A stretch of 64,000 nucleotides of DNA from Daphnia carinata (taxonomy: Eukaryota): NCBI RefSeq assembly GCF_022539665.2, contig NC_081331.1, positions 992,001-1,056,000 of the forward strand, in the 5' to 3' direction. This document shows, in pieces, positions 40,877-52,395 of this stretch. Within the stretch, counting starts at the first letter, position 1. The number at the start of each line of letters is the position of its first letter. The notes under the pieces are model-generated. The model worked only from the letters and a program-made list of their open reading frames with translations. It ran no database searches and had not been told where the DNA came from. Both the position numbers and the translations under genes were made by a program.

Positions 40877-42764
40877 CTCATTTCATCGTTTTTCTTATTT
40901 TTCTTTGAGGTTCTGGGAGTGCCGCTGTTTTTTGAAAATGCGGAAGACACTCAGGGTTCACCTTCGTTCGGTCCAGGAGCGGCCAACTTGGAATTTTGTC
41001 TTAGAAAAGTCCGTCCAAACATAATTCACTTCTGATTTATTTTACAAATCATTTGCATATGTGTTTATTTTTTTTATCTATTTATTCATTTTTTTTTTTT
41101 TGTATTATTTCAGGAGCAACCGAATCCATTGAGTGTCAGAGGAGGCGTTTACCGTCGCCCGGCCGGCTTCCAAGTCGATTTGGTCTGTCTCAGCTCTTGG
41201 ATGGATGGAGAGGCGCCGGGATCGATAACGGCCCTATCTGTCAACTCGGCTTACGGCCTGTATGCACAAAATTTTTAATTGCTCCTTCTAATTCAAACTG
41301 CAAAATCGATTTTTTGCATTTCATTTTTTTTTTTTTGTGGTTTCCCCTATCTAGGATGGCCTACGGCAATGATGGCGGATTGGTCCTCATCGACATCATT
41401 CAAAAATCGGTTCTTCTGAGTATGGCCTCTGTGGACCTTTACAGCTCGGCCGATCCTTACACGCGACTTCCGCGGTCGCCCAAGCGGCCAACAGATGGCG
41501 TTAATAGCCGTACCGGAGAATTGGACGATAATTCGATCCGTTCACCGTCTTGCGATCAGGTAAGATAACAAATGAAAATAAGTCTTTAAAAAAGAAAAAA
41601 AAAAAAAAAAAAAACAAAATGAAGAAAAGATAAGGAAATGTTGTCAAGGACGTCTTGCGACGAAGCGTAGAAACAACTCGTCTTGACGTTGTAATTAGAT
41701 TTGAAGCTTGTTGTGAGTCCAGCTGAGAGGATAGCCGGGGGGTGGGGTGGGGTTTGGGTGTGGGACAGAGAGGAAGAAGGGCGTCGGCGTATGGGGTGAC
41801 AATTAATCAGAGTGACACCAAAAACACATTGGCCCCGCCCCTGATTAGAACGAAGTTGTGGAGCACAGCGTCGATGAAGTAGACACTGTCAAGAGCGACT
41901 GTCTGGAAACGGAAGTGGATCGCGCCGCTGAAGCCGCCGACGACGAACACAATCAGCCGGAAGCGGCGCTGACGACGGAGGAGGAAGGTTTCAAAACGGA
42001 AAATGGCGGCGGCGGCGGCGCTCGAGTCCGCAAGAAGAAGAACTTCAATTTGAAGAAGCAATTGTCGAAGGCGGACACGAAATTGCGCGATCTGTTCGCG
42101 CCCGTCAGCCGCCGAGGATCGGGGGCCAGCACCGGAGCTGCAACGGCGTCCGCTGCCGGCGGACTGACGTCACCTCATTTACCCGATTCGAAGCCCGTCT
42201 CGCCGCAGGAAGAGCAAGCGGCTTTCCATTTCCCTGAGCCGGCCAGCTGCAATGCAGCGCTTCCGCTCTTGCCGGCCGTTGCGGCCGAGCCGGTCGATAC
42301 GGCATCCGCTGCCAAAGCCGCCAATCAAGACGTTCCGCTCTTCGATGCGGACGGCGTTCCAATCCGACCTCCGCGCCGGCTCAAGAAATCGCTGAGCGCC
42401 GCGGCCACGCACCAGAAGACGGGCGGCCATCGCGATTGCGGATGGAAGCGGACGTGGTATTCGAGCGATTCAGATTCGACGGCCGTCGCACCGCCCGCGC
42501 AAATGCACGTCCTCGATCTGCGCTTCGACGCGGCCGACGATTCCTGCCACACGGGATTTTTGGATAACCTCGTCAGGAAATTTAGTAAGCTCCTCCTCCT
42601 CCTCCTCCTCCTCCTCCTCACTGCAATTCCTCATAAAAAAAAAACAAAAGACACACGAGTTTTTTTTTTTTTTAATATGTCTCTCATCTTTCCCTCTACC
42701 GGTAATCAGGATCCACTACTTTAGCCCCTCCCTTTTTAAAAAAAACAAACAAAACAAACAAACA

Positions 42765-42802
<38 letters not shown>

Positions 42803-44172
42803 CACTTACATAGTGTCCGCTTTTTGTTTCTCGTACACACAAACTAACCGTGGTGATTTGGCTTCCGGCTTCTTCTTCTTATTTTTTTAAATTTTTTTTT
42901 TAAAGGGGGTGATGGTTAAAAAAAAATAATAATAATAATCCGCTTGTGACGTCATTTATTTAGAATTTAAATTAGCTGACATTTTTCTTAGTGAATCGCC
43001 CCGCCCCTCCTTTTTTTTGCCCCGCTATCTCTTATTGTACGTGCGTGCGTGTTTTTGAATCATTGCGCTACCGTAGGTCGTTAAGTAGGTAGTTGTGAAA
43101 GGGAAACATACATAGGGCAAAAATGGATAAGGTTTTAATGAAAAAAGGAAAAAGAAGATTTTGGAAAAAAAAAAAAAAAAAAAAACCGGTGGCTATTTAA
43201 TAGAGTCGGAACGGATCGTGCACTTCTCCGACTTCGACGGCGGGGATCTCGCGGGGCAGTCGAGCCGGACTCGAAGGCTCGTCGGGCCTGTCTCATCGAA
43301 GTGGTGGCGGCGATGCGACCGGTAGCGGCAACCCTGGTGGCGGTGGTGGTCCTTCGTCGTCCTCTGGCGTTGGAGCGGCGAGCGGTGGCGGAGGAGGGAG
43401 CGGCGGAACGGGCCGGAGCACCCGACCCGAATGCGTTCGCCGGTCCAAGTCTCAAGGTACTGGCTCGCATCATCGCTACCGCGATCGCTTGGTGCGGACG
43501 TTGGCCTTCAATTCCTCTTGCCCGGCTAACGCTAAAGAGGAGGAGGCCGGGGTGGCTAGCTTAAACTCTGGCGCTCCTCCTCACTTTCACTCGGGGTCTG
43601 AATCAGTGGATCATTACTGCGGACACAACAACGGCAAAATGCTGGATCACGGCAGGGACGAGCCAGCGCAACAGCCAGCGCTGCCGGCCGCACGCCGCAG
43701 CCTGCTCCTACTCCATCACCGACACCAATCGGCCTACACCAGTTTTGGTACTAACGTCACCTGGCACACCGCATAAACAAACACACACAACTTGTTTGAC
43801 ATAAAGCAAAATTCTTTTATTTTTTTTTATTTTTATTTTATTTTTTTTTCATTTTAAAGAAAAAAAAAACAAAAACAATTTCTCTTGAACATTTTCTCTA
43901 TTTCTCTTTGATCTACTTTCGTCATTGAAACACTAACAAAACCAACATATCTTCTTTTTCTTTTTTTGGCAATTTTTATTTTAAAAATTCATCACATTTT
44001 TTTTTTTTTTTCTTATAGTTTGTTTTATTTTATCGTTTAACTTAAAAACAGGAACAACATGTTTTGCTCCTTTTAATTATCTTTATAAAAACAACATTTT
44101 AAATTTTTTTTTTTTTTTTTTTTTCAAATTGAGTTGTTACACCAGTAATATCATCACACTCAACATTACTTT

Positions 44173-44207
<35 letters not shown>

Positions 44208-47200
44208 TTTGCATTTCTCTCTCACTCATTCACCAAAACAAAAAAACAAACAAAAAATAGCTCTCTCTATCTTCTGGAGTGCTTCAATTTCATTGCCACC
44301 AACATTTTCGAACCCTTTTAAAAAACCAAAACGAAAAAAAAAAAGATCTTTTCAATTTTTCTTTTTTTTTTTGTGGCCTGTTTACTTCTATCGTCGTTTT
44401 CAGCTTCCCCCCCTACCCCTTGTGATTACACCAGCTCGATACATCACTTTCCTTTCCATGTGAGAGGAAAAAAAAAAAAAAAATTCAATTTGCAGTCACA
44501 CGTTGTCGGTGATGAACGTTCGTGACCCCACCTCCACGTTTAACCGCTGCACGTATTGGCCCCCCCCCCGTCCACCTTCCCCCCACCCCTTCTACCTCCA
44601 CAGAATGCATGTACCTATCCATTTAGGATCGTACATTTCGAATTTTCAGGCAGGATTTAACAGGACAGTCTCTCTTTAAAAAAAAAATAATCGTTTTCGA
44701 TTTATCTTAAACGATAATAAGGTACATTTCAAATCGTTGTACAGAAACTTGTTATGCCTATGACTTTTCAAGAGAGAAAGAGAAAAACAAAGTATACGTA
44801 AGACAAATCGATTTGAATCCAACCAATAGGTGACGCTACTGCCTCAAACTGCGTGTCGTGTAGCAAATAATATCGTGAACATTTTCACGAGGACGGCCCT
44901 TTTTTTTTTGTTGAACGTTTTATGGCAAGGAGAATGTGGCCATCAAATGGTGATACCCCAATTTTTGTGTTGGGGTTTTTCATCTCAGATTTAGGATGTA
45001 TTTCATTTTTTCCGCTTCTTCTTTCTTCTATTTCCGTTTGGATCCGTTTGACTCGAATGAGACGACATTGATTTATATCTTTTTTTTTTTTATCATTCTT
45101 CTTCAAATGATTCGGATGTTTCTGGCTATTGCGGCTCAGTTTTCTTTTTTCATATTAGCCTATTTTTGATCGTTTCTTTTGCTATTTGGGCTATTAGCAT
45201 CTTTCCTTTTTTTTTCATTCTTTTTTTTTTTTTCTAAATTCATCTTGCTTCATCTTTCCTTTTACTCGTTGATGCAAAGAAAGTACAGGATGGAAATGAG
45301 CGCCAGTTTGCGTGGGTAGTGAATAGAGCATATCGATATCTAGTTGGAAAAAAAACGAATTTAACATATGACTATCGCTGAAAAGTGTTTTTTTTTTTTT
45401 TTTTTTTTTTTGCCTGTCTCCTGGAAATACTTTAGAAATCCATGCATCAAAATAATCTGGCACGCGCAAATTCTCAATTAAAACCTTTGACGCACACATC
45501 ACAGAAGCTTTGCTGCATGTTGACATTGTTCTTGGCTCGTCCTTCTTTCTTAAATTATTATTATTTTTTTTTAATTTCTATTATTTCCTGGTTTCGGTTA
45601 TTTGTCTTCCTGGACCATGTTGGCTTTTGTGTGTGAAAAATGAAAACAAAATGTGACGTTTTTTTTTTGTTTTTTTTTGGATTTTTTTTAATCAACAAAT
45701 GTTTTGCAACCACTGTTTGATTGCTGTGTAAACCAACGACGTTTCTTTCTCTTTTCTATCTTTTTCTGTCTTTCTATTTCTTCACTTCGAACTTTTCGTC
45801 TTCTTCGACCTTCTTTTCTTCGCTGTTTGACGTACCAGAAATATCACGAATTTGCGGTTTGATTTTAGACAAATCGGACATGGCGTTCACGCGTTCAAGG
45901 AGCTCCAGCACTTCCAGTTTGGAGAATCAAACCAACGAGGCCGTCACGACTCTCACCTTTGCTGATACGTTGGCACGCAAACTAGGTTTGACCACCTCAT
46001 AATTTAACACATTGAAATTTGAAATTCACATTGGAATCTAATTGGCTTTAAAACAGACACGGCCGTTTCGGCGTCCTTGTGGGTCGGCACCAGCCAGGGT
46101 TCCGTTTTGGTGATCGTGATCAATTTGGCCGCACCGGGAGAACCTCGCCTTACTCAACCGGTTATGGTTTCGCCTAGTGGTAAATCCCCCCCCCCCCCCC
46201 CCCAAAAAAAAAATGCAAATGATGTGACATATTAATTAAAAACAAAAAAATAGGGAGCATCTTCCGAGTGAAAGGTTCTATGCTGTGCGTCGCGTTCATT
46301 GAGCCATCGGGCAGCCTCATCTCTAACCCGAGCGAACCGTGGCGGGACGAGACCAAAGAGGCTCGCGATCAGCGGTCACGAACGCCCACTCGTTCCGGCA
46401 TGCCTATGCCGCTTTCCGGCGCTGCTGGCGGCGTTGGGGGCGACGCTCTTTCATCCAGCGATGACCAGTACACGGTGATGGTCTCGGAGAAACAAGCTCG
46501 CGTTGTTTCCCTACCGTCGCAAACTTGTCTTTATCGCGTCAATTTGGCGCCGGCCGAAAGCACATTCGCCGTCACCGCCAACGTCGTCAGTCTGAAAGGT
46601 TTTCCCTTTTATTTTATTTTTTTTTTTTAATTTTTTTTTTTTTCTATTCTATTCTTTATTCATTTATTTTTCTTTAAATTTTTCTTTTTTAGATGGCCCT
46701 TGTTTGGCCACCTTCTTATCCAACGGCCATATCCAAGTATTCAGTTTGCCCAGTCTTCGACCGCTTATGGATGTCGAGTTTACCCCATTGGTCGAACTAA
46801 GGTACCCGCCATTGATGATTTTAATTTAATGTTTTTTTTTTGTTTGTTTTTTTTTTATGTTCATTTCAATTTGTGTTTAGCTTCCAAACGAGTCGGCAGA
46901 ATTTGGTGGATCCCATGTTAAGCATTTGGGCGCAGCAACAGTTGTCCGTCAATGAAGATTCCGACAAGTGCGTCACACTTTACATTTGATTTCAAATTGC
47001 ATTGCACTGATCAGTTTTTTTTTTCTCTTTCAAACGAACAGAATCGCAAGAAACTTCCGCTTTTCATCACACGGTCACGGCATGTACTTATGTTCTCCTT
47101 CTGAAATTGAGAAATTCACCATCTCTTCGGCATTTGCGTAATTTTTATTTCGCATTCAAATTTATTTGAAACGTTTCCAATTTGAAAGCTTTTCCCCCAA

Positions 47201-47677
47201 TTTTGAAGGTCAACATTGGGTGATTTAATGGGCGAATTGTTTATGCCATGTGAAATGCCCGAACCACCCAAAGAAGGATTTTTTAAAGGCCTCTTCGGTG
47301 GAGGTGTCCGTCCTTTGGATCGAGAAGAACTGTGTATGTCACGTGTTGTCATCAAATCTTAACATGTCCTGTTTTAAATTTAATTCTTTTTTTTTTTTTT
47401 GAAATTCTAAAAAGTCGGTGAATCGACGGGCAAAGCTGGCCGGGGTGTTGCTCGTCACATCCCTGGACCTGCAGCCAACCTGGAGAATTTGACTTACAAG
47501 GCTGGTAGCGTAGCAGCCGAAGTGCAAAAGACACGCCTGGCGCTTAATGAACGTGGCGATAAGCTGGGCATGCTGGAAGATCGCACTCAACGGATGGCCA
47601 ATGAGGCTGAAAATTTCTCGAATGCGGCCCACCAGTTGATGGTTCGTTGTCGCGAACGCAAATGGTATCAACTGTAA
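24408..47677 (+). CDS. STXBP5: Tomosyn / syntaxin-binding protein 5 (WD40 double propeller plus C-terminal R-SNARE)
   Basis: GCCGCCATG start, MKRFTFKGVLD. Exons: 24408-24530, 26721-26818 (RHGFPHQPTALAYDPIQ), 34033-34414, 34506-34693 (AVIQLQFLINEGALVS), 35765-35899, 38136-38199, 39469-39682, 39825-39897, 40003-40157, 40248-40819 (ENPYPMDIHESAVTC), 40910-41008, 41114-41259, 41355-41559, alternative 41849-42584 or 43204-43456/43747, 45869-45985 (RSRSSS), 46057-46179, 46254-46598, 46693-46801, optional 46881-46967, 47042-47137, 47209-47333, 47415-47677 (ERGDKLGMLEDRT...KWYQL*). Confidence 0.95.
41849..42584 (+). CDS. STXBP5: Tomosyn alternative exon A (736 nt, phase 0 to 1)
   Basis: Acceptor GATTAG, open in frame (NEVVEHS...PIRPPRR...FLDNLVRKF), donor A|GTAAGC. 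GC-rich like the coding exons. Confidence 0.75.
42589..42801. repeat. (CTC)n and (CAA)n microsatellites downstream of tomosyn exon A
   Basis: CTC repeats at ~42589-42619; CAA repeats at ~42766-42801. Confidence 0.9.
43204..43747 (+). CDS. STXBP5: Tomosyn alternative exon B (phase 0 to 1; short donor 43456, long donor 43747)
   Basis: Acceptor AATAG. Translation SRNGSCTSPT...RRSKSQ resembles the tomosyn variable region (NG.CTSPT). Both donors are phase 1, compatible with exon 45869. Confidence 0.75.
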
Positions 47678-49479
47678 TTTTTTTTTAAAACACACAACTA
47701 AAGAAGACGTAAATGAAGAAAGGAAAGCGTAGGCCAAATGGGAGGAAATGTAAAGACAAGTCACAGAAGCGGACATCTCCATCGCACATCGCCCTACCGG
47801 AATCAGATGTTTTTTCTTTGTTCTTATCTCTTTCTCTCTACCTCTTTCGCTTTCTAAACTTTCTTCGCCAGTTTTTTTTTTTTTGTTGTTGTTGTTGTTT
47901 GTTTGTTGGGAAATTCGAATCATTTTGAATTCTATTTAGGAACAAAGCAAAACTAAAATGAAATGCGACATCGTCTAATCCACGAGACGCTCGTAACAAT
48001 CTGCTTTTCATGAATTCTATTTTGGCCCTTCCATTGTGGGATAAAAGATACGACTGCTATATTACCACTACACCACTCACCACATATATAACTACTCCTG
48101 TTGTTTGAGCAATGGTACAGAATTTTTCCAGAAAACAAGGCAACCCAACTCTTCTCTGTCTCTCGCTTTTCTTTTCACCCCTTCAATTGATGAGTACTTC
48201 TTCCAATGCAATGTGGCGATAATTATCCCTCGTTTTTTTGTTTGTTTTTTTTTTGTTTTGTTTGAATGTTGCTGTTCCAGTCTTTGAAAGCAGAAAGAGG
48301 TGAAACTAAAGCTGGAAAATATTCTATTTATACATATAGATTTAGAGAAAACATATTCGTTATCCCCCCTCCCCCCATATATATATCGATATGATAGGGA
48401 AAGAAGAAGATAAAAAGATTTGAAAAAAAAAAAAAAATCCCAAAAAATATTCCCAACAAAACAAATCTTTTTGATTCCATCGGCAAGCACAATAACCTTC
48501 CATTCGTTGACTGACATAATATAAATATATATACATGAACGTGTTGTATTTAGGCAGCCCTCCCTTTTGGCTCCCCTCCATCCAATTGAAGGACGTACCA
48601 GAAGCGTACGAAAAAATTCACTTAGAAATTTCGTTTTTATTCGTTGTTTTTTTTTTTTTCGCAGCCCGCCGTTGGATGTAAAGCAACACATTTATTGGGG
48701 ATCGTATAACCTTGTTGTTGTTTTGTTTCATTATTATTTTTTTTTAAATATGATTTGTTTACGTTCCTCCCGCCCCTCCCCCCTATTTGTTGGTACACGC
48801 TCGGGAGTTTATATTGGAAGTACTTTTTTTCTTTTTTTTTTTTTTTTTGGCGCTAGTCTCCTTCTCTCACTTTCGGTCTTCTCTCCCTCAATACTGTCGG
48901 CGATGAAGAGCCGGTCGCATTGTTGTTGTCTCTCCTCTTCCTTCCTGAAATCCTCTTTCTCCTTTTACTGCTGTCACCAGAGACTTAATTGAATGTAGCC
49001 GGCTGATGGGTTGTTTAATTCCTTGTTTCTAGAAACTTTATAGCGTGTTTAATAAAACGGAAAAGAAAAAATAACAATCATCATTAACAATAATCATAAT
49101 CATCAATAATCATAACTAACATGCGAAATCGTTTCATCAGAGACAATGAAATCACAAAAGCAATTTTTGGATTCAAGAGCACACACGCTTATCACAAAGT
49201 GCAATTAACGCAATAACCCGCGTCGTTTTTAACGAATAGCTTTGTGACTCGCTTCGTTATGACTTGCTGGTGGTCAGATACAGCTGTACGCTTAAGCAAT
49301 AACTGTTAAAATACGAATAATCAATTTTCAAAAAATTAATGCAATTTCTGATCGTGGTAACAGTGAGGTAGGAATGGGTGATACTAACCGAAGGGTAACA
49401 TCAATCAAATGTAAGTTAATACAAATTGTCTCTTCACTATTCAATCGTACGCGATCCGAATGAAAAGACCACGACCCGA

Positions 49480-50693
49480 TTAACAGGAACGGATTCGACA
49501 TACGTAAGGTTCTGTTGAATCAAGTCTTGGTCTCTTGTTTACGCTCACCGTTAACTGATCAAAAATTTCCTGCAATTCAGACGTAATTTCGTTGCTCTCC
49601 GGCTCGCATTCTGTGCTTAACTTTTGCAACTGAAACTGGCGGATCCATTCCGTATCCGCAAGTTCAGTGTTCGTCACATTAGGACGCTTACGTTTAGCTG
49701 CCAGTCGTTTGGCGTGCGTTACACTGGAATCAGTTCGAACCAGAGATCGTTGTCTGACAGGCAAAATCACAGCAGCCGAGGCTTCAGATTTGTTTATTGT
49801 GGTGCCAGAAGGTTGGGTGAAAACTTTCCGAAGACGAGTGAATGCTTTCTTAAAGTGGCGTTGAATTTGAACTATTCGGCCACGTCGTTCAACTGGGGCA
49901 GGAGGCTCGACGATGACATCCCCCACAACGGTGACGTCAGGCGGCGTGCTCTGTCGTCTGCTTAGTTCTGCGCTGAGGTTCGACCAAGGCTCACCGTGGA
50001 TAGAAAGAGGTCGTATAATAGCCTCTGCCGAACTGAAATCGACTTTCTTCTTTGGTAGTTCGATTAGTGGTAAACAACCTGCAATCATCAACATTTCCGG
50101 TAACTTGTTTTCTTTTTTTTTTTTTTTTATCTTATCTACTTTGTGACGCACGTTCAATCTAAAATTAGCAGCTGACGTGAGCTTGTCATTATCGCCAACG
50201 GCGTGCAATGTGCTTTGTGAATTTCAAAATCAAAGGGGAGAAAGGAAACAGGTTTACACCAACAAACTGTATTTAACTTTGTTTATGGTTAAAAAGGTTT
50301 ATTCAAGGTAGAAAGTAGTTTGGCTTCTTCAGTAAACATTGTTTCCAACATTGGCTATAGTCTAGTAAATTGTCAAGATGTGTCGAGTCACGAGCACTTA
50401 GAATTATCATATTTTTTTTTTTTTTTTTGACTGGCCGTTAGTGTTTACTAATCAGCTGTCATTTTTTAAAAAGCAAAGACACACACTCTGTGAAAGATGT
50501 AGAAACAATCCATTTTCTACTTGAGAGATTCAATTAAAAGGTACTTACTGGTGGTTCCACTTGATATGGCGGCCAATCGGTTATAACTGACACCTAGTTT
50601 CACACACTCGCTTGCTCCACATTCTCCGAATCCTGGTGATGTTGGAGATAACTCAGGTCGCGATTCGCTCTCGTCGTTCGAGTAGCTGCTCAT
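49480..50693 (-). CDS. Uncharacterised (orphan-like) protein, ~247 aa, at least 2 coding exons
   Basis: ATG 50693-50691 (MSSYSNDESESRPELSPTSP...). Donor A|GTAAGT at 50549/50548 and acceptor TTGCAG at 50079 join in frame to the long ORF ending ...YVCRIRSC* at 49480. A 5'UTR intron is apparent at 50945-50705. No family recognised. Confidence 0.6.
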
Positions 50694-52395
50694 TGCTGTT
50701 GCCTCTAAACTGTCCACAACTATAACCAAGACACAGATAAAGGGCAAATTACTCTACGATGTGCTTTGTGACACGTACGTTGCTTGACTGAAGCCGTTCC
50801 AAGAATGATGAGATGATGGAGGAGCGCGCGCCAAGATCTTGTTATTGTGTCTTATACGCCTACGGGAGACCCGTTAGCCATGAGCTCACGAATATGGTCT
50901 TGTGCCCTGTACGGTCAGAATTGAATCTGCGACGGCAGCGGTTACCTAGGCGTGTTGATTCGCACCTGGAACCGTTATCTCATTGCTTCTGCTTCGATAT
51001 AAAGGGGGTAGTGGGGAACTTATTTTCTGCTTGATTCACTTACAGAAATTTACGCAACAATTTTATCAGCTGTTGTGCGTTTTAATTTTCACGAACCATG
51101 TCATCGCATCGTTTATAAAAAGATATGGTTGCGGTACAAATTTTCTTTGTTTTCAAGCAAATCAGCGGAACCCACTTTTCGATGGAATTAAGTACTGAAA
51201 ATCGAGCTCAATAGGACAAGTCACGATGCAATATGGCAAACACGCAAACCTTTAATAGCTTAAGTAGCATAATGGCATGCAGGTTATCATTAGTTTGACA
51301 AACTGACATGGTTGAGACAACAACGATATCCTTATCGTGACAGAGATCAAAGACGAGATTTTCGACATTGCAAAGTTCTCATAAAATGGTCACCTGCACA
51401 AAGTTAAGACGAAGTTAAGTTTTTTTTTTTTTTTTTTGGGGGGGGGGGGGTTGGGGATTTCTGGCTTGACTTAACCATTGCTATTGAAAGACAACTAGAT
51501 GGGGATAAGTAACTAGTTCACCTTTGCAATGAGTCCTTTGAAAAAAAAAATTACGTAATAAATTAACAGTTAGCCTTTTACTGAAAATAGAAGGTAAATA
51601 TGGTCAAAATTTTTGGAACACATGAGAATTGAGAACAATGGGAGAGTCAGATACAAATACGTGCAAGGCAGGGACGACATATTTTTTTGTTTTATTGCTC
51701 TTGTAAAAATAAGGATCTGTAAAAAAAAAAAAAAATGTGCGTAGTCGTTACCAGTCTCTTTATGTAATTGTTCGTTATAGTTTCACCTCTTCGGTTATTA
51801 GTTTCACTCGAGCAACCTGCCCGGTCAGTGGAAAGCACTTGAATCGAGCGAAGCTACAGTGCAAAACAAACACCTGTAAACAGTAAATAGCAGACGTCAG
51901 CTGAAATACATTAGACCTATGAAGGTCATCGGCCCTAGGTAACGTTATTTTGGCGTACGATTCCTGAACGTAAATTTTATTGGGCTTCTTTGCAGTAAAA
52001 CATTCTTAGGGTTTCTCGCTTGCTAACGTCGTAATGTCGTTGTTGGCGCATATGATTAACAGTGCACTTTCGGTGAAACTGCAGTCCAGTTGGGTGTTTT
52101 TGAGCGCCTTATCGCGTTTCACCGTCCTTTGCCTCAATCTGTCGAGTCCGACGGTCGCTTTTGCCCTATCATAACCGGTGTTTGTGGTTAGGGAGATAAA
52201 CGGCCAGCCGAGATTTCAACATTGTGGTTAAAGAATGAAAATAGAATCACATTGGATTTTAGTTTCCCACATAACTATTTATCTTGTCAGTTGGAATTAA
52301 TGTGAAGTATATACAACCAGGATTATAAAAGTGCTCGTGTTATTTTGTAGCTAGTAAATCAGTTATTATTTCTTAGCAGGCACTGAAAAGAAGAT

